Shown here: piece by piece, positions 28,907 through 36,189 of the stretch | How positions within the stretch are numbered: the first letter of the stretch is position 1 | Layout of the letters: every line of letters starts with the position of its first letter | Source of the DNA: Myxococcota bacterium | Lineage (GTDB): Bacteria; Myxococcota_A; UBA9160; UBA6930 | Length of the DNA stretch: 64,000 nt | NCBI GenBank assembly: GCA_965223415.1 | Contig: OZ245002.1 | Coordinates: 1,056,001 to 1,120,000, forward strand | Direction of reading: 5' to 3' | The notes under the pieces: model-generated | The model's database searches: none | What the model saw: the letters and a program-made list of their open reading frames with translations, nothing else | What the model was told of the DNA's origin: nothing | Position numbers and translations under genes: made by a program

Positions 28907-29343
28907 AGGTGTTCTCGATCGGGTTCACGAAGACGACGGCAGAGAGGTTCTTCGGGCGGCTCGCCGATGCGGGTGTTCGTAGAGTGATTGACGTCAGGCT
29001 CAACAACAGGTCCCAGCTCGCGGGCTTCGCGAAGCGAGACGACCTCAAGTTCTTTCTGATGGCCTTGGGCGACATCCAGTACGTCCACGAACCGATGCTC
29101 GCTCCTACGCAGGACATCCTGGACGCGCTCAAGAAGCACAAGGGTCAATGGGAAGACTATGAGCGGGCGTTTCTTGCGCTGATGCGTGAGCGGCGGATTG
29201 AAGAGAAGCTAGAAGCGAGTCTATTCGACCGCGCGTGCCTTCTTTGCAGCGAGGACCAGCCGCACCACTGCCATCGCCGGCTCGTTCTTGAATACCTTGC
29301 TGAGGCGTGGCCTGAAGCCGACCTGGAAGTGCTCCACCTCTAG
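28903..29343 (+). CDS. DUF488 family protein (second, shorter type)
   Basis: Motifs FSIGFT, DVRLNNRSQLAGFAK and LLCSE..CHRRL. Confidence 0.88.
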   Translation: MKVFSIGFTKTTAERFFGRLADAGVRRVIDVRLNNRSQLAGFAKRDDLKFFLMALGDIQYVHEPMLAPTQDILDALKKHKGQWEDYERAFLALMRERRIEEKLEASLFDRACLLCSEDQPHHCHRRLVLEYLAEAWPEADLEVLHL

Positions 29344-29425
29344 GTGCTCTTGTTCGGCACGCCGGCGCGGACCTTCTCTCCGTGCGCCAATCGGGACGCG
29401 GGTCTACCTCTGTTGGACGCATCAA

Positions 29426-29760
29426 GTGGGTGAGCCGAAGCTGCACCACTACGTGCCCCGCTTCTATCTTCGGCGGTTCGCTGATCCCTCGGGACGTCTG
29501 TGGCTATGGGACCGACATGAGGACCGCATCTTCGCCGCTAGTCCAAACAACGTCGCAGCAGAAAGGCACTTCTATCGTCTAACAGAATTGGTTCAGCAAG
29601 GTCTCGACCCGCTCACGATGGAGAAACAGTTCTCCGATCTCGAGGGCGAGGTTGCGCGAATCTCGAATCAGTGGTTGGACTGGCTGCGGCACATGGAGCC
29701 GAGAGAGAAGATCGAGATCCCCTCAGCGAATCGGGAAATCCTCTCGCTGTACATCGCCCT
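29426..29760 (+). pseudogene. DUF4238-like protein truncated by an IS
   Basis: HHYVPRFYLRRF..AERHFY..EKQFSDLE, ending at an IS21-type end. Confidence 0.75.
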
Positions 29761-30604
29761 CGGTGATCACCTCAAAGCCGGCCATATGTGAACGTCTCAA
29801 AGCCGGCCATAGGTGACTGCCCAGGAGGTGTTCTTCTACCGCGCCGCGGGCTCCTTCTGCAAGGCCGTTCCCTTTCGTGTGCGCCAGCTCCGGGGTCCGC
29901 ATTTGAGGATGTGTCCGTGGTGGAGGAGTCGATCGAGCATCGCGGTCACGGCCGCCGTGTCGCCGAGGAGGCGGCCCCAGTCGTCCACGGGCCGGTTCGA
30001 GGTGACGAGGGTGCTGGCGCGCTCGTAGCGGCGCATGATGAGCTCGAGGAGATCCTCGGCGGCCGTGGTGGGGAGCTTTCTCATGCCGAGGTCGTCGAGG
30101 AGGAGCAGCGGCACGCTGGCCATCTCGGTGAGGTAGCTCTTGCGCTCGCCGTCGAGCGTGGCATCGGCGAGCTCTTCGAGCAGCACGTGCACCTCGCGGT
30201 AGGCGGCGCGGTGGCCCTGGTGGATCGCAGCGAGGCCAATGGCCTGGGCCAGGTGGCTCTTGCCGCTGCCCGGCGGGCCAAGAAGGACCGCGTCCTCCGC
30301 GCGCGTGACGAAGCGTCCGGTGGCGAGCTCGAAGACGAGGGCGCGATCGATCTTCGGGTTGAAGGCGAAGTCGAAGCCGTCGAGGGTCTTGTGGGCATCG
30401 CGGAAGCGGGCCTGTTTGATGCGGCGCGCGAGCAGGCGATCCTGGCGCCGCTGGAGCTCGTCCTGGACCAGGGCGGAGAGGAGATCGATCGGGGGCCACT
30501 GGCTCTTCTGGGCCTCGAGCAGACGCATCTCCAGATGCTCGGCCATGCCCGAGAGGCGAAGCTTGCGGAGCGCCGGGTCGAGCTCGGTCATCTTCACGAG
30601 GGGT
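29760..30604 (-). mobile_element. Truncated third IS21-type element (one end plus istB only)
   Basis: The end carries tandem TCAAAGCCGGCCATA motifs; istA is missing where IS copy 2 begins. Confidence 0.8.
29836..30591 (-). CDS. istB: IS21 helper ATPase IstB (orphan)
   Basis: Motifs GPPGSGKS, LLLLDDLG and AMLDRLLHH. Confidence 0.88.
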   Translation of the reverse strand: MTELDPALRKLRLSGMAEHLEMRLLEAQKSQWPPIDLLSALVQDELQRRQDRLLARRIKQARFRDAHKTLDGFDFAFNPKIDRALVFELATGRFVTRAEDAVLLGPPGSGKSHLAQAIGLAAIHQGHRAAYREVHVLLEELADATLDGERKSYLTEMASVPLLLLDDLGMRKLPTTAAEDLLELIMRRYERASTLVTSNRPVDDWGRLLGDTAAVTAMLDRLLHHGHILKCGPRSWRTRKGTALQKEPAAR

Positions 30605-30687
30605 TGTCGCAGGACGTGATATTCGAGGGCTAAGAGGACACGTAGATTTGCGCACCTCCTGTTGAGCCGCTGCGCGGCACGTTCCCC

Positions 30688-31974
30688 GTGAGGGAGGGGG
30701 GCGTGGGGCAGCGGCGACTGAGGCAGGAGGAAGTGATGACGATCGAAGTGCTGCACGAGCGGGGGTGCTCGAACCGGGAGATCGCCCGCCAGCTGGGGAT
30801 CCGGGAGAGCGCGGTGCGCTACCGGCTGAAGCGGCTGGCGGAGGGGGCGCGAGACGGCCGGAGCGGGAAGCCCTTCCTGGCCGAGGCGGTCCACGAGGTG
30901 ATCGCGGAGTGGCTGGAGGCGAGCTCGGGAGGCCGTGGCGTGAACCTGCAGGAGCTTCACGAGTTCCTGGTGGAGGAGCACGGGTACACGGGGAGCTCCA
31001 AGAGCGTGCAGCGGTACGTGCGGGCCCGGTTCCCGAGACCGAAGGTGCGGAGCCGGCGTCGGGTGGAGACACCGCCCGGGGCGCAGGGTCAGGTGGACTG
31101 GGGCGAGTTTCCGGGCGTGCGGATCGGGGGCCAGGAGGTGGACCTGCATGCCTTCCACCTGGTGCTCTCGCACTCGCGGCGAGAAGCGGTGGTGTGGTCG
31201 GAGCGGGCGGACACGCTGGCGTGGCTGGACGTGCACAACCGGGCCTTCGAGCGGCTGGGCGGGGTGCCGGCGGTGCTGCGGGTCGACAACGTGAAGACAG
31301 CGGTGGCGAAGGGGGCGGGGCCATGGGGGACGGTGAACCCGGCTTACGCGAGCTATGCCGGGGCCCTTCGCTTCCACGTGGACGCCACCCGTCCCCGCCA
31401 GCCGCAGGAGAAGGGGAAGGTGGAGCGTCGGATCCTGGGGCACCGGCGGGGCTTCGATCCGCGTCGGCGGGAGCACGAGAGCCTGGAGTCGCTGCAAGCG
31501 TGGACGGACGGCCAGGTGGCGCGCTCGAGCCACCGGCGGCAGTGCCCGGCGACGGGCACGACGGTCTTCCAGGCGTGGGAGGCGGAGAAGCCCCATCTCG
31601 GGGCCCTGCCCGAGCGGCTTCCCGAGCCCTTCGACCTGGCCGTGATGCGACGTGTCGGGCGCGACGCCACGGTGCGCTTCGAGGGGCGTACCTACAGCGT
31701 CCCCTTCCGCTTCGTCGAGCAGAGCGTCGAGGTGCGCGGCTGCGCCCGGCAGGTGCAGGTCTGGGCCGAGGGCTCGGTGGTGGCCGCGCACCCGCGCCAC
31801 ACGCGAAGCCGCCTGCTGCTGGACCCGAGCCACTACGAGGGGCCGAGCACGGAGGGGGTGGAGGCGCCCGTACCGCTCGGGCGCATGGGTCGACGCCTCC
31901 AGGAGCTGTGGGCGATGGAGCCGGAGCAGCGGCCGATCGACCTCTATGCCGATCTGGCGGAGGTGGCGCGATGA
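30688..31974 (+). CDS. istA: IS21 transposase IstA
   Basis: Translation identical to 23368-24654. Confidence 0.93.
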   Translation: MREGGVGQRRLRQEEVMTIEVLHERGCSNREIARQLGIRESAVRYRLKRLAEGARDGRSGKPFLAEAVHEVIAEWLEASSGGRGVNLQELHEFLVEEHGYTGSSKSVQRYVRARFPRPKVRSRRRVETPPGAQGQVDWGEFPGVRIGGQEVDLHAFHLVLSHSRREAVVWSERADTLAWLDVHNRAFERLGGVPAVLRVDNVKTAVAKGAGPWGTVNPAYASYAGALRFHVDATRPRQPQEKGKVERRILGHRRGFDPRRREHESLESLQAWTDGQVARSSHRRQCPATGTTVFQAWEAEKPHLGALPERLPEPFDLAVMRRVGRDATVRFEGRTYSVPFRFVEQSVEVRGCARQVQVWAEGSVVAAHPRHTRSRLLLDPSHYEGPSTEGVEAPVPLGRMGRRLQELWAMEPEQRPIDLYADLAEVAR

Positions 31975-32771
31975 CGGCGGGAAACCCGGTGCCCAAGAAG
32001 GGCGGCAAGGTGGATCTCGACCCGACCCGCGAGCGGCTCGTGCGCCTCGGCCTCCATCACGCGGCCGAGCACATCGGCGAGGAGCTGGCCCGAGCGACCA
32101 AGGACGACCTCGTGCCCCACCGCTTCCTCGACCTGCTGCTCGAGGCCGAGCTGCAGCACCGCGAGGAGCGGAGGATGAAGACCTCGCTCCGTCTCTCGGG
32201 CCTTCCCACGGGGCAGACCCTCGGCAACTTCGACTTCGCCTTCCAGCCGAGTGTGGAGCGGAGCCGGATCGAGACGCTGGGCACCTGCGCGTGGATCCGG
32301 GCCAAGGAGAGTCTGCTGATCCAGGGTCCGCCGGGAGTGGGCAAGACCCACCTGGCGGTGGCCCTGGGGGTGCGGGCCGTGGAGAACGGCTTCTCCGTGG
32401 CCTTCCATCGCCTCGAGGACCTGCTGGCGGCCCTCAAGCGCGACGCCGAGATCAGCCCGCAACGGCTGCGGCGGCGCAAGCACATGAACGTGGCGCTCCT
32501 CGTCATCGACGAGGTCGGCTTCGAGCCCATGACGCGCCAGGAGGCGAGCCTCTTCTTCCGGCTCGTCTCCTACCGCTATGGGAGGGGCTCGATCCTGATC
32601 ACCACGAACAAGGGCATCGCCGACTGGCCCGAGGTGCTGGCGGGCGACGAGGTGCTGGCCACCGCCATCCTCGATCGCCTCCTCCACCACAGCCAGGTGC
32701 TCAACATCTCGGGGCGGAGCTACCGGCTCCGCGAGCTCGAGCAGGCCGCGGGGCAAAGCGCCCAGCGTTGA
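31971..32771 (+). CDS. istB: IS21 helper ATPase IstB
   Basis: Translation identical to 22571-23371. Confidence 0.93.
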   Translation: MTAGNPVPKKGGKVDLDPTRERLVRLGLHHAAEHIGEELARATKDDLVPHRFLDLLLEAELQHREERRMKTSLRLSGLPTGQTLGNFDFAFQPSVERSRIETLGTCAWIRAKESLLIQGPPGVGKTHLAVALGVRAVENGFSVAFHRLEDLLAALKRDAEISPQRLRRRKHMNVALLVIDEVGFEPMTRQEASLFFRLVSYRYGRGSILITTNKGIADWPEVLAGDEVLATAILDRLLHHSQVLNISGRSYRLRELEQAAGQSAQR

Positions 32772-32906
32772 GGCCCCAGAGGGCGGCCTGACGGCCGTGC
32801 TCTCCTTCGGAGAGCGGAAGAGAAGAAGGAAGAACCGAACATCAACCCAGGGGGGTGCGCAAAACTAGCCGTCCTCTTAGCGCGCAAGAGATGACGTCCC
32901 TCGACA

Positions 32907-33177
32907 TCTTTGTTGCTGCGGGTGCGGCAACGAGGTCACTACGCCCCTAACGCCAGTCGACTGGAGCTTGATCTACGACGGGGAGACCGTTTCCCTCGAT
33001 CCTTCGATCGGTAGCTGGGGGCTTGCGTGTCGATCTCACTACTGGATCACGCGGGGCCGCGTGCGATGGGCTCCCGCGTGGTCAGAGGAAGAGATCGCCG
33101 AGAATCGCGAACGAGACCGTGCTGAGAAGCGGCGGTTCTTCGGAGGTCGAGGCGGCTGGCTCAACCGAGACTCCTAG
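32907..33177 (+). pseudogene. DUF6527-like protein, 3' half
   Basis: LCCCGCGNEVTTPLTPVDWSLIYDGETVSLDPSIGSWGLACRSHYWI...; joins in frame to 24843-24738 after one TCTTT is removed. Confidence 0.85.
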
Positions 33178-33249
33178 TCCGTGAAGGGAATCTCCCGGGC
33201 AGCTTGCCCGTAAGCCACTCGTCTTCACCAGAGCAGGCTGAGAGGGCGG

Positions 33250-34287
33250 CTAGCGGGCCTTCCCCAGAACGAAGTCCTGGAGCACGCGCCTCGATAGCTG
33301 ATCAGCCTTGGCTTTGGTTAGCCCGGAGGAGGAAAGAGCGGTCACGCGTCGAAGGGCCTTCTTTGAAGCCCCCTTTCGGACGTCTACGCTCCACTTCCCG
33401 TCAGGCTGCAGTGATCGTGTCACGCGGTAGACCTTCTTGTTCCACCCACAGGTCCACTCAGTACCGTTCTGACGTGTCGTCTCGGACCAGTTCTTCTCGA
33501 TCGCCACCTGCTCAAGCGCGTGACGCATCTGTTCAGCACTCTGGAAGCGCTTTTTCGGGTCGACGCCAATAGCCTTGTTGATGACCATACGGAGTGGCCG
33601 CGGAACGAAGTCCCGGTAGTAACTGCGATTCGGGAACTTCCCCTGAAGGGCGAGTGTCCGAGCCTGGAGCGGTGCGATTGCGGGAAGTAGCGAATCGCCG
33701 TTGACCAGGCGGTAGAGCGTAACTCCACACGCATAGATGTCGGTCAGTTCGTTGTAATCGTTCGGCCCTGCTACCTCCGGGGCAAGATGGAGCGTGTATG
33801 CATAGTCCTTTACACCGAGCGCCTTGAGGTTCAACCCGGTCGTGATCGCCAGGCCGAAGTCCGACAACTTGCCCTCGTTGGACTTACCCACGAGGATGTT
33901 GGCGGGCTTGATGTCACGATGAATGACACCCTTCGAGTGGGCGTACTCGAGGCCGCGAAGCACATCGATGATCATCCGCTTCGCCCTGGTCAGAGGGACG
34001 TACGAACCCTTCGCCTCGTCTTCCAGGCTCCCCTTGGGCAGGTACTCCATGGCCACGTACAGGCGACCATCACTCATCTTCCCGGTCTCGTGGACACGGA
34101 CGATATTCGGGTGCTCGACTGACTTCAGCAGTTGGGCTTCGTGGAAGAAGTTCTGAGGATTGAGCACCTTGTCCGGCGGAATGAGCTTGAGAGCGCGTTC
34201 AGCGTCTAGTCCGGTATCGGTGACCAACCAGACTTCGCCGAAGTTCCCGGAGCCCAGTCGCTGACGAAAGTCGAAGCCCGCCGCCAT
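33250..34287 (-). CDS. Hanks-type Ser/Thr protein kinase with small C-terminal domain
   Basis: Motifs LGSGNFG, ALK, HRDIKPAN, DFG and APE; no TM segment. Confidence 0.92.
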   Translation of the reverse strand: MAAGFDFRQRLGSGNFGEVWLVTDTGLDAERALKLIPPDKVLNPQNFFHEAQLLKSVEHPNIVRVHETGKMSDGRLYVAMEYLPKGSLEDEAKGSYVPLTRAKRMIIDVLRGLEYAHSKGVIHRDIKPANILVGKSNEGKLSDFGLAITTGLNLKALGVKDYAYTLHLAPEVAGPNDYNELTDIYACGVTLYRLVNGDSLLPAIAPLQARTLALQGKFPNRSYYRDFVPRPLRMVINKAIGVDPKKRFQSAEQMRHALEQVAIEKNWSETTRQNGTEWTCGWNKKVYRVTRSLQPDGKWSVDVRKGASKKALRRVTALSSSGLTKAKADQLSRRVLQDFVLGKAR

Positions 34288-34742
34288 CAGCCCAGTTCGC
34301 TCCACGCGGCCTGTAGCGCCTCCCGCTGCTTGTCGCTGAGGTCCGCGTACCCGGGGAAATGAGAGGTATCCAGTGTCGCCAGATAGCGGGCGCGGCCCTT
34401 CTTGCCCAAGTCCTTAGCGATTGTGCTCTTGACCTTCTTGAAAACGGCTGTCATGCCCTTCGACGCGGCAGCCAGCATCACGGCTGCTTCGTGCTCGACG
34501 CGGGTCTCGAACGTCGCGCCGCGAGTCCTACCTTCGAATCGCTTGATGACGACCTTGTCGATTGCGTGCTTCTCGAGCAGATCCGAGACTTCCTGATTCA
34601 GCCAGTGCAGGCTTTGCGCGGCCTTGAAGCCCTTGGGGAAGGGGAGGGTCTTGAGCTCCACCTGCTGGGGAGCGCCCTTCGTGCCATCGAGCACCGCGTA
34701 CGCGAAGTCCTTGTTGCTGCACCGAACGCCAAGAATGGGCAA
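34287..34742 (-). CDS. Hypothetical protein, possible RNase H-like (RuvC/YqgF-type) fold
   Basis: ILGVR..FAYAVL strand pair and DKVVIK; translationally coupled to the kinase (TGATG). Confidence 0.5.
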   Translation of the reverse strand: MPILGVRCSNKDFAYAVLDGTKGAPQQVELKTLPFPKGFKAAQSLHWLNQEVSDLLEKHAIDKVVIKRFEGRTRGATFETRVEHEAAVMLAAASKGMTAVFKKVKSTIAKDLGKKGRARYLATLDTSHFPGYADLSDKQREALQAAWSELG

Positions 34743-34929
34743 CTTAACCTCCCCAAGGGAACGGCCCCGCCGAGCTGGAATGGCCGCGTCAGCGCGGGCC
34801 TCGTTCCTTGCTCGGCCGGTCAGGCGGCGAAGGGACTCGCGTTCTTACCTGACCATAGTCGCGCTGGATTACGGCCCTCCTCCTGCTTACCCCGTGCTTA
34901 CCTGGCGATATCCCGAATCCCGTAAGTCC

Positions 34930-35006
34930 TGGCGCCCCGGGGAGGACTCGAACCCCCGACCCGCTGCTTAGAAGGCAGCCGCTCTATCCGACTGAGCTAC
35001 CGGGGC
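34930..35006 (-). tRNA. tRNA-Arg(TCT)
   Basis: GCCCCGG acceptor stem, anticodon arm GCTGC-CTTCTAA-GCAGC, GTTCGA T-loop and encoded CCA. Confidence 0.95.
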
Positions 35007-35020
35007 ACCGTCCGGAGAGG

Positions 35021-36112
35021 TTAGCGGGCGCCGCTGGCCAGGTAGGCCGCCGTCCGCGCCTCGGCATTCGCCCTCACGTTCATCGTGAAGAGCGCATAGT
35101 CGTACACGTGGTAGTCCCCGCCCCGGACCAGCACCTCCCAGCCCTTCCCTTCCGGTGCCGGATCGATCCGCAGCCAGCCGCCCTGGCAGCGGGCGCCGAG
35201 CATGCCGACCGTGAGGGGAGGCAGGGAGATCCGGTCGTTCTGGCGGAGCGGGAGCGCACCGAGGTGCGCACTCGCGGGGGCCGGCTCGCCGCCGCGGGTC
35301 CACGAGAGCGGGTTCGTGCACAGATTCGTCTGGCCCGCCTCCAGCTGGTTCGGGCCTGGGCGCGGCGTGGCCCCCGCCGCCATCGTGCGCCAACCGATTA
35401 GGCAGCCGGTATCGGTCGAGCCTTCGCAGGCAGGAAGGGACAGAGATGCACTGAGCTCCTGCTCCGGGACCCAGCCGCCGACGAGGTAGGCGGCAACGAG
35501 CCGCTCCCGCAGCGCCCTGCCCTCCTCGCCCGCGAAACGCGTGCGCAGCAGGGTCTGCGCGTGACGGGTGCCCTGGCTGTGGCTCGCCAGGATGAACGGG
35601 CGGCCGTCGTTCCACTCGGTGAGCCAGTGGTCGAAGGCGCGCTCCACGTCGGTGAAGGCGAGGGCGAGGCCCTTCTCCTTGTCGTCGGTGAAGTAGCCGC
35701 CGAGTGCGATCTGGCGGTAGTAGGGCGCGTAGATCTTCCCCGCGCCGTTGAAGGCGCTGGCCTGGAGCGCCATCACGCCGGTGTCGGTGACGTCCTTGGC
35801 GCTCGGGTCGTCCCATGGGCCGTTGAAGTGCTCGGACTTGTAGTAGGTGGTGGGGTGGATGAAGAAGATGTCGACCTGGCTCTCGGCCTGGCGGTCGACG
35901 GCGCCGGAATCCGGCGGCACGAGGTCAGCCGGGTCGGCCTTCTCCGGGTGAGCGGCCCAGGTGGCGAGCTCAGCGTAGTCGGGAGCTTCGGTCGGGGTGT
36001 GCTCGGCGAAGGGCGCAGGGGTCAGGGCCCAACGGACGATCCGGGCGCAGCCCGTCGACGCGGCAAGGGCCAGCAGGAGGAGCCCGGCGAGGATCGAGAC
36101 GCGGTGTGTCAT
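35021..36112 (-). CDS. DUF3089-like alpha/beta hydrolase lipoprotein
   Basis: Lipobox-like TGC plus FFIHPTTY, APYYRQ, ASHSQG and YHVYDY motifs. Confidence 0.8.
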   Translation of the reverse strand: MTHRVSILAGLLLLALAASTGCARIVRWALTPAPFAEHTPTEAPDYAELATWAAHPEKADPADLVPPDSGAVDRQAESQVDIFFIHPTTYYKSEHFNGPWDDPSAKDVTDTGVMALQASAFNGAGKIYAPYYRQIALGGYFTDDKEKGLALAFTDVERAFDHWLTEWNDGRPFILASHSQGTRHAQTLLRTRFAGEEGRALRERLVAAYLVGGWVPEQELSASLSLPACEGSTDTGCLIGWRTMAAGATPRPGPNQLEAGQTNLCTNPLSWTRGGEPAPASAHLGALPLRQNDRISLPPLTVGMLGARCQGGWLRIDPAPEGKGWEVLVRGGDYHVYDYALFTMNVRANAEARTAAYLASGAR

Positions 36113-36189
36113 GGCGGGAACCTACCTCGAATGGGCTTTCCTGCCGCCGCGGCGCCAGAGTAGGATGCGCGAGACGCGAAGGAGGTTGC

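Larger units (their letters stand above)
30605..32906 (+). mobile_element. IS21 family element, copy 2 (2302 bp)
   Basis: Inverted repeat of 22436-24737; followed by TCTTT. Confidence 0.93.

Noticed and set aside
29836..31833. Apparent 665-aa IstB fusion, and similarly the 668-aa ORFs at 22571-24577 and 30765-32771
   Set aside because: Chance open upstream frames; the real IstB starts are 30591, 23371 and 31971.
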